Assembly (NCBI GenBank): GCA_964428655.1
Contig: CAYRYE010000001.1
Coordinates: 73,328-137,327 of the forward strand
Length of the DNA: 64,000 nt
Direction of reading: 5' to 3'
Source: an uncultured Gammaproteobacteria bacterium
Lineage (GTDB): Bacteria > Patescibacteriota > Microgenomatia > UBA12405 > JAHJSD01
Shown here: one piece after another, positions 46,179 through 55,762 of the stretch
Layout of the letters: each line of letters opens with the position of its first letter
How positions within the stretch are numbered: the stretch's first letter is position 1
Translations under genes and position numbers: made by a program
Notes under the pieces: model-generated
Database searches by the model: none
Told to the model about the DNA's origin: nothing
Seen by the model: only the letters and a program-made list of their open reading frames with translations

Positions 46179-46646
46179 CTAGAGAGAGGTTGTTTTGAAT
46201 TTTTTTTCGTCTACCCAAGACAGAATGGAAAATAGAATAATTAAAATAAAGCCAGGAAGCAGGTGGTTTCTCCACCCAGGACCTAGAAGTTTCTGAACAC
46301 CAAATGTTACAGGAACCATAAAAAGTATTGCTATTACTGCAATATGATTATCTCCTTTAACATTAGATTTTTTATCAAGACTTAGGAGTTTTCCAACAAT
46401 TTTCAGAAACACAAATAGCAAAACTAAATATATTGGGAGGGCAAAAATAAAATATGAACGATAGCTGATTGCGAAAATTTCAGAAAATCTTGTTGCTAAA
46501 AAATGGTCCCACGGTTGTTCTGTGGCGAAGGCACTAAAGTCTTTTTGAAAGAAAATTACTCTAAGCCAGTTAAAAAGAATTAAAGAAACATTTATGACAT
46601 AAAGAAGAAGAAAGGGAATCTTGGCAATTTTGGAATTTATGCCCAT
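46179..46646 (-). CDS. hypothetical membrane protein (155 aa)
   Basis: 4 predicted TM helices. The C-terminus ends at a TAG that is in frame with the downstream 50-codon conserved module. Confidence 0.5.
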   Translation of the reverse strand: MGINSKIAKIPFLLLYVINVSLILFNWLRVIFFQKDFSAFATEQPWDHFLATRFSEIFAISYRSYFIFALPIYLVLLFVFLKIVGKLLSLDKKSNVKGDNHIAVIAILFMVPVTFGVQKLLGPGWRNHLLPGFILIILFSILSWVDEKKFKTTSL

Positions 46647-46789
46647 TAATTAATTTATACAACATTAATGATAATTTTTCTACTTAAATTGTTGCCTTGG
46701 GGGAAATTAGGTACTAAAGAGGTTCGAACATTTTCCATTACCCTGAGCAAAGTGTACGAACTTAGAAGCTATTTTGATATACTTCAGGT

Positions 46790-47524
46790 GTGAACAAAGT
46801 TTATCGCCAAGGACTAATAAACAAGATAGATAAAGCGATCAAAGACGCCTCGCTCGTATCACCAGAGTTGGAACATAAGTATCTAATTGGCAAGTATAAA
46901 GAGATTCTCTTAGGTCAACTGATCAACCCTTTTTTGGCCTCTCAGTATAACACCGGATCGGGAAAGATAGTCGATTTCCAAAATCATATCTCTAGCGAAG
47001 TTGATATTGTGATTTATTCGAAAGGATTAATTCCACCTCAACTATTCTCATCAGGTTTTGGTGTTTATCCTTCAGAAAGTGTTTTGTCTTGCATTGAAGT
47101 AAAGAGTAATCTAGACGGCGCCGAACTAAAAAGCGTTTTTGATAAATATAAAAAAATTAAAAATGAAATAAAATACTCAGCCGGCAAATTTGATAAACAC
47201 GACAAACCTATCAATCATCTTCTTTCAAACTTCTCTAGAGATGTTTTTGCCTTTAAATCAATAGATAATATTTTTAATAAGTACAAGGAAATAGATACTG
47301 CTTGGGATAGCGATGAACCAATAGTAAATAGTTTTTGTGTTGTTGGTCGGGGTTGGTGGGGGTTTTGTGATAAGAAGTGGAAATTTGTACCGGCAGATGA
47401 ACACCACGAAGAAGTTATTAAATTTCTTTCTACATTAATCAATACCCTACCTAAAGTAGCAAAAAGTAGAGGATGTCCTAGGATAGACCAATACTTAAAT
47501 GTTGGTGAGGCAAAGGAACTATAA
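46790..47524 (+). CDS. hypothetical protein, possible PD-(D/E)xK-like nuclease fold
   Basis: 244 aa. SSEVDIVIY...SCIEVKSN resembles a D...E-x-K arrangement. Otherwise unassigned. Confidence 0.4.
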   Translation: MNKVYRQGLINKIDKAIKDASLVSPELEHKYLIGKYKEILLGQLINPFLASQYNTGSGKIVDFQNHISSEVDIVIYSKGLIPPQLFSSGFGVYPSESVLSCIEVKSNLDGAELKSVFDKYKKIKNEIKYSAGKFDKHDKPINHLLSNFSRDVFAFKSIDNIFNKYKEIDTAWDSDEPIVNSFCVVGRGWWGFCDKKWKFVPADEHHEEVIKFLSTLINTLPKVAKSRGCPRIDQYLNVGEAKEL

Positions 47525-47588
47525 ATTGTAAAAGTTGATTATTCTCAATTATCCAGTTTCGAAGACTGTATACTGTCGGGAGCCAGCG
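47522..47588 (+). repeat. intergenic repeat motif, copy A (TAAATTGTAAA...ATCCAGTTTCGAAGACTGTATACTGTCGGGAG)
   Basis: Shares its terminal 11-mer and a roughly 33-nt 3' block (about 85% identity) with 50171-50237. Both copies start at a gene stop codon. Confidence 0.55.
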
Positions 47589-47703
47589 TACTTTTAGCAA
47601 AACTTCAGAAAATAATGAATACCACGGCCAATTAGAACATAAGATTTGAAAAGATGTTTGAAAAAGTTTAGTTTGAGAGATTATTGTTTGGTAAAATTGA
47701 GAC

Positions 47704-49155
47704 ATGAAAAGTTTCCTGAAAAAGCATTCCTTTTTAATTGCGGTATTTGCTATTTTGTTACTTAGTGCTTTTTTCAGATTTCGAAGTTACACAAAAAGAA
47801 TTGCTTTTGATTCCGATCAGGGCAGAGATGCCCTAATTTCGCGTCAAATTGTGGAAGGAAAAAGTTTTCCTCTTGTTGGATCGCCTTCTTCTGGAGGACC
47901 TTTTTCGTATGGCCCTTGGTATTACTGGATTCTATCTTTATCTTTTGTTTTCAACCAAAATTTTCTATTAGCTCCATGGCTTATTACCACAATAATCTCA
48001 ATTTTTTTTGTTCTGGTTATGATCATTGTTGGCCGTTACTTAGATGGGAAAATACTGGCTTTGGTTTCAGGTTTGTTGGCATCATTCTCTATGGCGGAAA
48101 TAAGGGTTTCTGCTCATCTGGCCAATATTTCTATGGTAAGTCTTTTTTCGGCATTATCAGTTTTAAACGTTATTTTGCTAATTAGATTTAAAAACTCTCT
48201 TTATTCTTTTTTTATTGGATTTTTTTGTTCAATGGCAATTAATATGCACTTTTCAGCACTTTTATTCGTGCCTATATTAATAGCTCCAATTTTTGCTGGT
48301 AAAAAAAGGGTTTTTGTCAATACTCTCTTTTCATTTTTCGGCTTTTTAATTCCCTTTGTGCCTTTGATTATTGTGAACGCTAATCATTCCTGGGTAATGT
48401 TAAGGAATATGGTAGATTTTTTTCTTCATGGAAAATCTAATCTTTGGGTTAGTAATCGTTGGTTAACTTATGCTTTACAATTTTGGCCTCAGCAGTGGGC
48501 AGATATTGTTGGGGGAACAAAACTAACTTCTTTTTTAATTATTTTCTTTTTGGGATTTTTTTTGTTGAAAGACATTACAAAAAAGGGGCTAAAGCAAAAA
48601 ATCGTTCCTTTTATAGTAATTTTTTTCCTTCAAGTTGTTCTTCTCAGGTATTGGACTGGTGAAAGGCAGGCAGTTTGGCTATTGTTTTTTAATCCTCTGG
48701 TAATTATTTTTACTAGTTGGGTTATTCTTAAATTAATAAAAGCAAATGTTTTTTTAGGCTTTCTTTTTATTGGCCTTCTTGTATTTAGAAGTTATGAAAA
48801 CAATCTCTATCATTGGAATTATGTCAATCAGCTTGAGAAAATATCTCTTCTAAAAGAGAATATTCTTTCCGATAAACCAGAAGGCAAAATTTCTCTCTAC
48901 GAGTGTCCCGGACATAGTGCTGGTCGGGACACAACATTACCCTTGCTTTATTTACTTGAAATTGAGGATAAAATTGACCAGAGGGGATTTCCAGTAGTTG
49001 TTAGTTCTAATGATTTTGAAGATGAGAGATTTTTAGAAAGCAAAAAGGCTTCATCAAATATTTTCATTTTTCAGGACAAGAAATTTTTACCTCAAGATTG
49101 TTATTTTATAGATCAAGAGCGCATATATAAAGAAACAATAGAAATAAATCTTTGA
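47704..49155 (+). CDS. GT39/GT83-like (ArnT/PMT-family) polytopic membrane glycosyltransferase
   Basis: About 12 TM segments with an acidic motif in the first extracytoplasmic loop (RIAFDSDQGRDAL). Confidence 0.55.
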   Translation: MKSFLKKHSFLIAVFAILLLSAFFRFRSYTKRIAFDSDQGRDALISRQIVEGKSFPLVGSPSSGGPFSYGPWYYWILSLSFVFNQNFLLAPWLITTIISIFFVLVMIIVGRYLDGKILALVSGLLASFSMAEIRVSAHLANISMVSLFSALSVLNVILLIRFKNSLYSFFIGFFCSMAINMHFSALLFVPILIAPIFAGKKRVFVNTLFSFFGFLIPFVPLIIVNANHSWVMLRNMVDFFLHGKSNLWVSNRWLTYALQFWPQQWADIVGGTKLTSFLIIFFLGFFLLKDITKKGLKQKIVPFIVIFFLQVVLLRYWTGERQAVWLLFFNPLVIIFTSWVILKLIKANVFLGFLFIGLLVFRSYENNLYHWNYVNQLEKISLLKENILSDKPEGKISLYECPGHSAGRDTTLPLLYLLEIEDKIDQRGFPVVVSSNDFEDERFLESKKASSNIFIFQDKKFLPQDCYFIDQERIYKETIEINL

Positions 49156-49781
49156 TAACAGTTTTTTATTATTGCTGGATATAGGGATCTCTTTTATGGG
49201 TTATCTAATTCGAAAACCGTCCCCTTCCAGAGGCGAGCAGGGGCTGGTAGACTTTGTTAAAACCCCATATTTGGTATAATAGGACTAAAATGTCACCACT
49301 AGAAATAATAGAGGATGGGCGAGTAGTTAAGAGATATTCTAACGATGAAGGATTGAATCAAAACCGTTGGGCAGGAACGTTTGGATGTTTTTCTGTCCAA
49401 TGTGTCTCCTCAGCAATTTGCCGTGGTGGGGCAGAAAGGCAAAGAGTTGAATCACCCCATCCAAGACAACCAAAGAGGGTCGTTACTCCCGTTGGAAATT
49501 TTCCTAGAATAATAAGGGGATTTCAGGAAACAGAGAAGAGGCCAGATGGTCATCATTTTCACGGGTGGTCCCTGGGTGTAGAAACTACCGATCGAACTTT
49601 TGAAGTAACTCCTCGCGGGAAAAAAAGAACACTCCGGTTTACTAGGGAATAAAGTGCCCAACCTTCCACGCTTTTGCTCGTAAATGCAGGCATCGGGTGA
49701 ACAGAACTTCATTAATCAACCACAAACGAGGTTCTGACTTGGTCTAATGCAGGGAGCATCTAGGTATGCTAAAATGAACTA

Positions 49782-50180
49782 GTGGAGCTTCAAGTAGGGG
49801 TTAAGATTTTACTTAAGAATAATGAGGGAAAATATCTTATTGTTCACAGATTGTTAGAAAAGTATCCTGGTGCGAAAGGGTCTTGGGATATTCCCGGAGG
49901 AAGAATTAATAGGGGAGAAACTCTCTTGGCAAACCTAAAAAGAGAGGTTAGAGAAGAGACAGGACTAGCTCTTATTGAAACACCGGAAATATTTGGTGTT
50001 CAAGACATCCTAAGAGTGAAGAACAAACATATAATAAGATTGACTTATCAGGGCTTAACTAACGGAAAAGTGAATCTTAGCGAAGAGCATGATGATTATC
50101 TCTGGTTGTCTTTAGATAAGTTAAAATTTTTTCCAGACCTTGATGTTTATTTAAAAAATCTTCTAATTAGTAAATTGTAA
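49782..50180 (+). CDS. Nudix hydrolase
   Basis: Canonical Nudix box GGRINRGETLLANLKREVREETGL. Confidence 0.75.
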   Translation: MELQVGVKILLKNNEGKYLIVHRLLEKYPGAKGSWDIPGGRINRGETLLANLKREVREETGLALIETPEIFGVQDILRVKNKHIIRLTYQGLTNGKVNLSEEHDDYLWLSLDKLKFFPDLDVYLKNLLISKL

Positions 50181-50237
50181 AGGCGATATCATTTCTAACA
50201 ATCCAGTTTCGAAGCTTGTATGCCGTGGGGAGTAAAT
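50171..50237 (+). repeat. intergenic repeat motif, copy B
   Basis: TAAATTGTAAA...ATCCAGTTTCGAAGCTTGTATGCCGTGGGGAG. Confidence 0.55.
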
Positions 50238-50263
50238 TTTCAAATTGATCTTTCCAAAGTGCA

Positions 50264-51199
50264 TCAGGTTTCTCTGATGCACTTCCCGACGGTAAATAGC
50301 GTGTCGCCAGTTCGTACTAAATCCCTGTCCTTAAGAACAATTAGCTGCCCCGTAAAGGGTGATTTAACTTTGCTTTTCTCAAAATTCTTAATAGAGACTA
50401 TTTCACCTATAATCTCGTTCTTTTTAACCTTATCCATTAAATTCTTTCTTGGGATGAAAAGCCCGGCGGTGTCTGTTTGTACCTGGTGCCTTTCAAAAAC
50501 TGGAATTTTGTTCTGTGCTAATCTGACTTTCTGATCTGTCATCCCAAGTGATGATAAGACATTGATTAATCCCCTTACGACTTTATCTAGCTGTTCCTCT
50601 CTAATTCGAAAATGTTCAGGCATCTCAAGAGCAAAATTAGTAATGCCTTTCTCTGCTAATTTTGGACCCAGCGACCCGGACAGCTTTATTTCCCTTTTTG
50701 TTTTAGAATCCAAACGCCAAATTATGTCCGGCTTGAAAGTCTTAATGAATCTTAGTGACTCTTTTTTTGTTTTACTACTGCCGTGATTCATGAAAATGGC
50801 TACGATTGGCGAGGGATCCTCAAAAGTGTGAAGATCAATAACCAGATTGCATTTTTGTGCTTCGACAAAAATTTTGGCCGCCAATCGAGACGTGAACTCC
50901 TTCTCTATTTTTCCCGGAAAAGCGCGATTTAGATCTTTGAGGCCAATCGGGTCCATTCTCTTTTTTAAACCCTGAGCTAATGGATTAGCAGCAGCGATGA
51001 TATTCAGCTCTCCAGTTTTTAGATCGAGTTTTTCTAATACCCTTCTAATTACGAATAATCCGCTAATTTCGTTTCCGTGAATTCCACACAGTAAAAGCAC
51101 CTTCGGTTTGCCCGAGCCAATTTTTATCAATGGAATGTTGATATCAATCGTTCCTATCTCACCAATTTTAAGTTTTGAAATTTTCTTTTCCATTTTCAT
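50264..51199 (-). CDS. succinylglutamate desuccinylase/aspartoacylase (AstE/AspA) family zinc hydrolase
   Basis: CGIHGNE zinc-binding motif near the N-terminus. 311 aa. Confidence 0.65.
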   Translation of the reverse strand: MKMEKKISKLKIGEIGTIDINIPLIKIGSGKPKVLLLCGIHGNEISGLFVIRRVLEKLDLKTGELNIIAAANPLAQGLKKRMDPIGLKDLNRAFPGKIEKEFTSRLAAKIFVEAQKCNLVIDLHTFEDPSPIVAIFMNHGSSKTKKESLRFIKTFKPDIIWRLDSKTKREIKLSGSLGPKLAEKGITNFALEMPEHFRIREEQLDKVVRGLINVLSSLGMTDQKVRLAQNKIPVFERHQVQTDTAGLFIPRKNLMDKVKKNEIIGEIVSIKNFEKSKVKSPFTGQLIVLKDRDLVRTGDTLFTVGKCIRET

Positions 51200-51843
51200 G
51201 TTTACGCTTGCTATAATGAAAAACCGCCCTCGTGAAAACGCCTCGTTTGGGTGTTCTCTTCAAGGACGGTTTTACCGTGATACCACCTCGATTTCCTCAA
51301 ATGTCACCACTTGAGGCTCACAGAGTGCTTTGCTTCTAGACCTAAACAACACACTCTTGCTCTATTACGGGAGCCCCCGTTCCAGCTTACTGCAAATGCT
51401 CTTCAGCTGGACAGCTCAAGAGGGGTAATTCGATTAGTTTATTCGTCAAGCTTGCAACAACCGCTTGATCTCTAAATGTCACTAAACCTTTCTACTTAGC
51501 CTTCTGTCAATGCTTTTGATTATTTTCGTATTCATTCTACACTAACTAAGTTCCTTGTCAAGGAACTTGCAACTGGGGCTTTATGATTTGGGCAGGGAGG
51601 ATTGGGTTTATAGGGATGGTTTGGTTTCCCATGATTCAGAAGCAGGTTTGCTAGACTATCTGGCGAGATGGCTCGTTGTCTAAGGCAAGGCAGTGTTCTA
51701 TTGCCTTCCGAGCAAACATCCTATAGTTTGACAATGATGATTAGACGTGTTATTATTCTTTTTGTTAGCTTTAAATATTGATCAGTAGTTAATACTGATT
51801 TGAGTCGGTTTATTTGGTTTAGGTATTCGTATCTTCTCCTTTT

Positions 51844-53094
51844 TTGAATCGTCTCCTTTTAAAAGCCGTTAGTATATTAAAGATGAGAAATTTTAAGCGT
51901 GGTCGTTCTCGTGGTTTTCGCGGGAAAAATAACAGATCATTTGGTCAACATCGATCAAACAGATCAGGTGGTCAAAGTAGATATCAAAACAGAGGTGTTT
52001 TTTTGAACCCACTCATGTTCGTCAAGAAGGCTGTTGATGTTGTCGAAACGCCATATGTGCCAGTAAACAGTTTTTCGGATTTTCCTTTGGGTGAAACTGT
52101 AAAAAAGAATATACTGGCGCATGGCTTTGACAAACCGACCGCAATTCAAGATCAGGCAATACTTCCCGTACTAAAAGGAAGGGACTTGGTTGGCATTGCC
52201 AACACAGGAACTGGAAAAACAGCGGCTTTTTTGCTGCCTTTGATTACAAAAGTGTCAAAAGATCGAAACCAAAAAGTTTTGATCGTGACGCCCACCCGTG
52301 AACTAGCGGTACAGATTCAAGACGAATTCAAACTGTTTAGTTCGGGTTTGGGAGTTTTTTCAGTACTATGTATCGGTGGTGCCTCGTTGAACAATCAAGC
52401 GCGCGGGTTGTCAAGACAACCTAATTTTGTGATTGGAACCCCTGGAAGAATCAAAGATCTAGAAAGACGACGGATTTTGAACCTTAACCACTTTGGAAAT
52501 GTAGTGTTAGATGAGGTTGACCGCATGTTGGACATGGGATTTATCCATGATGTCCGACACATTATTTCGTTTTTACCAAAGAATCGCCAATCTTTATTCT
52601 TCTCGGCAACGGTGCCAAGGGAAACCAAGGTGATAATGCAAAATTTTTTAACTGACCCAGTAACAGTGTCGGTAAAAACCGGCGTGACTCCTCAAAATGT
52701 TGATCAAGACATAATTCGAACACGGGGCAAAAACAAACTTGAGATTCTTCACCAGCTATTGATCAAAGGGGAATTTGAGAAAGTTTTGGTTTTTGGCCGA
52801 ACCAAATGGGGAGTGAACAAACTTGAGACAAGTCTAACCAGGAGAGGTTTTAAGGCCGTGGCAATTCATGGTAACAAAAGCCAGAGACAGAGGCTGCAGG
52901 CCTTGAAGATGTTAAAGAATAATGAGGTTCAGATTTTGCTGGCCACAGATGTGGCCTCTAGGGGGATTGACATAGAGGACATAACCCATGTCATCAACTA
53001 TGATGTGCCAGGAACATACAATGACTATGTGCATCGAATAGGTCGAACAGGAAGAATGGGGAAAAAGGGTGTGGCACTGACTTTTGTTGACTGA
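51844..53094 (+). CDS. DEAD-box ATP-dependent RNA helicase with Arg/Gly-rich N-terminal extension
   Basis: Q-motif (PTAIQDQAILP), motif I ANTGTGKTAAF, DEVD, SAT, HRIGRTGR. The first about 55 aa are RG/RS-rich. The true start could be an internal Met. Confidence 0.85.
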   Translation: MNRLLLKAVSILKMRNFKRGRSRGFRGKNNRSFGQHRSNRSGGQSRYQNRGVFLNPLMFVKKAVDVVETPYVPVNSFSDFPLGETVKKNILAHGFDKPTAIQDQAILPVLKGRDLVGIANTGTGKTAAFLLPLITKVSKDRNQKVLIVTPTRELAVQIQDEFKLFSSGLGVFSVLCIGGASLNNQARGLSRQPNFVIGTPGRIKDLERRRILNLNHFGNVVLDEVDRMLDMGFIHDVRHIISFLPKNRQSLFFSATVPRETKVIMQNFLTDPVTVSVKTGVTPQNVDQDIIRTRGKNKLEILHQLLIKGEFEKVLVFGRTKWGVNKLETSLTRRGFKAVAIHGNKSQRQRLQALKMLKNNEVQILLATDVASRGIDIEDITHVINYDVPGTYNDYVHRIGRTGRMGKKGVALTFVD

Positions 53095-53650
53095 ATATAA
53101 TCTATACACGTGTTTGGAACGAGAGATATTGTATATCGGGGTTGTGGAATGGCAGTACTCCACAAAATAGATCAAAACTACGCAGGAATTTGAGGTAGTT
53201 TAAGGGCTTCAAAAAGATTTCTTAATTCGCTTAAATCATCAATTTTTCTTGTTGCGGAATAAGTCCTTTAAGGGGAGTAAAATCCATAAAAAAGACTGTT
53301 ATATTGCCTTTCTTGTTTACAGAGATTTTTTGTGCCGCTTTGTTTTTTGGCAATTTTTTCGCTATTTACAAATTCATCTTTCTTGAAACCTAGCTTTTTT
53401 AAATTTAGCTCTTTACTTTTGACTGCGCCAGAGCCCGCTTCAGAAACTCCGATTTATTGGGTTTTTTTGGTTGCACAAAATTGATATGTTTTGACATCTT
53501 GACAAAGTGTTTTGAAAAGTTTTATATAAAGCTCAGGTTTAACTTTTATTTAAACCTAAAACGTGCCCAAAAATTTAATAAGTATTAGTTTGCAAATCCA
53601 AGGCCTTCAACAAACTTCTCTAGAGAGTTTTTTTAGTGGATGGAGAGGAG

Positions 53651-53707
53651 GTGATGATTGTGGCCAATAAAAAAAAGAAGAAGAAGGGAGGCAAGAAAAA
53701 AAAGTAA
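53651..53707 (+). CDS. tiny poly-lysine ORF (M)MIVANKKKKKKGGKKKK with strong RBS
   Basis: GGAGAGGAGG immediately upstream of GTG/ATG. 18 codons, 12 of them Lys (A-rich run). Followed by a strong intrinsic terminator. Confidence 0.35.
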   Translation: MMIVANKKKKKKGGKKKK

Positions 53708-53723
53708 ATGCCTCCCAGTGAGA

Positions 53724-53755
53724 AGCGGTGCTTCCAAAGGCACCGCTTTCTTTTT
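53724..53755 (+). terminator. intrinsic terminator
   Basis: AGCGGTGC-TTCCAAAG-GCACCGCT followed by TTTCTTTTT. Confidence 0.7.
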
Positions 53756-53973
53756 AGCAAAAATTAAAGATATTTTCAAGGCAACTAGTCCAAACTTCGC
53801 TCCGGGCAAAGTGTTTGGTTATGTTAAAATTACGCTTCGGAGCTAGTTGGAACTTAATATACCAATTAGTCTTTTTTAAAACTTCAATAGAGATGAGTCT
53901 TAAAATGCTTCTATTCTAATAAATTCCCTTTTTCTCAGCCATTTCTCAGAAAATTGATATAATATACCTCAAG

Positions 53974-54657
53974 ATGAGGATTCTAGTTGTTGAAGATGAG
54001 CATAAAATAGCCAATTCCATAAAAAAGGGGCTGGAACAGGAATCCTATGCCGTTGATGTGGCTTATGATGGCGAGCAAGGTTTTGATTTAGCAGTAACTG
54101 AAGACTACGATGTGATTGTTTTAGATTTAATGCTTCCTAAGGTGGGTGGAATGGATATCTGTAAAAAACTTAGAAAAGAAGAAAATATCCATACTCCTAT
54201 ATTGGTGTTAACTGCCAAAGGGCAACTGGATGATAAGGTTAAGGGCTTAAATGCGGGCGCCGATGATTATTTGGTTAAACCATTTGCATTTGCGGAGCTT
54301 TTGGCTCGAATTAGAGCTTTAACTCGAAGACCCAAAAATAGCTTAAATCCTGTTTTAGAGGCCAAGGATTTAACCCTAAATACTTTGACCTTTGAAGTGA
54401 AACGGGCGGGAAAACAGACAAAGCTATCAAAAAAAGAATATGCCCTTCTTGAGTACCTTTTGAGACATAAAGACAAAATTCTCACCAAAGAGCAAATTAT
54501 TAACCATGTTTGGGACTATGATTCTGATGTTTTATCTAACACAGTCGAGGTTTATATTGGTTATTTAAGAAATAAAATTGACAAACCATTTAAAAATAAA
54601 AAGCCTCTTATTCAAACCATAAGAGGCTTTGGATATAAAATAGGAGGCAAAGAGTAA
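53974..54657 (+). CDS. OmpR/PhoB-family response regulator
   Basis: Receiver domain (VVEDEH, DVIVLDLMLP, K) plus a winged-helix C-terminal domain (IRGFGYKI). Confidence 0.9.
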   Translation: MRILVVEDEHKIANSIKKGLEQESYAVDVAYDGEQGFDLAVTEDYDVIVLDLMLPKVGGMDICKKLRKEENIHTPILVLTAKGQLDDKVKGLNAGADDYLVKPFAFAELLARIRALTRRPKNSLNPVLEAKDLTLNTLTFEVKRAGKQTKLSKKEYALLEYLLRHKDKILTKEQIINHVWDYDSDVLSNTVEVYIGYLRNKIDKPFKNKKPLIQTIRGFGYKIGGKE

Positions 54658-55715
54658 TGTTTCGTTCAGCACGAGTAAAACTGACTGGCTGGTATCTTCT
54701 TATCATTATGCTTATTAGCGTGGTTTTTAGTGCGGTGATTTATACTTCCACCACTAGAGAATTGGAGCGTGGTTTTAGACGAGCGGAAATGCGCTTTAGG
54801 GGAGAAGAATTAGACACTCCATTCCACCGACAGTGGCCTGGGCGCTGGGAAAACATAAACCCAACTCCAAGAGAAACAGACTTGAGTTTTTCTTTTATTG
54901 AGGATATAGAGGCGGCCAAGAAAAGAGTTGCTTTGAATTTGTTAATGATAAACGGGGCGATTTTAGCTATCTCGGCTGCGGCTGGATATTTCTTGGCAGG
55001 TAAGACCCTAACACCAATAGAGGTAGCTCTGGACGAACAGAAGCGATTTGTGGCCGATGCTTCTCATGAACTGCGAACTCCGTTGACTGCTCTCAAGACT
55101 TCAATAGAGGTAGCTTTAAGAAAGAAAAGACTGGTAGATAAAGATGCTAGGGCAATAATGGAAAGCAGCCTTGAAGATATAGACGGCCTGGAATCTTTGG
55201 CAAATAATCTCTTAAGTCTAACTCAGTATCAGCAAGGAAACAGCGCTTTTGTTTTTCAACCAACTGATATTAACGAGGTGGTAGAAAATGCACACAAGAA
55301 AATTTCTCCTTTGGCTAAGAAAAAGAACATAAAAATTAGCTTGAGGACTTCAAGTCAAGTACTAGAAGCCAATAGACAAAGTTTGGCAGAGATGATGCTT
55401 ATTTTTCTTGACAATGCGGTTAAATACACACCTAAAAGCGGCAAGGTTGTGGTAACAACAAAATCAGACAGAAAAAACCTTATTGTTGAAGTTAATGATA
55501 CAGGTATTGGTATTTTAAAAGAAGATATTCCCCATATATTTGATAGATTTTATCGAATTGACCAATCTCGTTCTAAAGACAGTGTGGCTGGTTTTGGATT
55601 AGGCTTGTCATTGGCTAAAAGAATTATTGAATTACACAAGGGGTTTGTTGAAGTAGAAAGCGCTGAGGGTGAGGGCACGACTTTCACCGTTAAGCTTCCC
55701 TTCAAACACTCCTAG
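54657..55715 (+). CDS. sensor histidine kinase
   Basis: Two TM segments, H-box ADASHELRTPLTAL, N/G boxes (LDNAVKYT, DTGIGI, GFGLGLSLAK). Confidence 0.9.
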   Translation: MFRSARVKLTGWYLLIIMLISVVFSAVIYTSTTRELERGFRRAEMRFRGEELDTPFHRQWPGRWENINPTPRETDLSFSFIEDIEAAKKRVALNLLMINGAILAISAAAGYFLAGKTLTPIEVALDEQKRFVADASHELRTPLTALKTSIEVALRKKRLVDKDARAIMESSLEDIDGLESLANNLLSLTQYQQGNSAFVFQPTDINEVVENAHKKISPLAKKKNIKISLRTSSQVLEANRQSLAEMMLIFLDNAVKYTPKSGKVVVTTKSDRKNLIVEVNDTGIGILKEDIPHIFDRFYRIDQSRSKDSVAGFGLGLSLAKRIIELHKGFVEVESAEGEGTTFTVKLPFKHS

Positions 55716-55762
55716 CGATTCTTTCTCAGCGTTTTCTCAGCTTTTATTATTAGAATTGCAGC

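Noticed and set aside
27098-47000. Search for an attR, a direct repeat of the tRNA-Asn 3' end, to define the far boundary of the element
   Set aside because: Only an 8-mer match (CGGGGAGC near 45010) was seen by eye, which is not convincing. Serine integrases do not require long duplications, so the boundary is left open.
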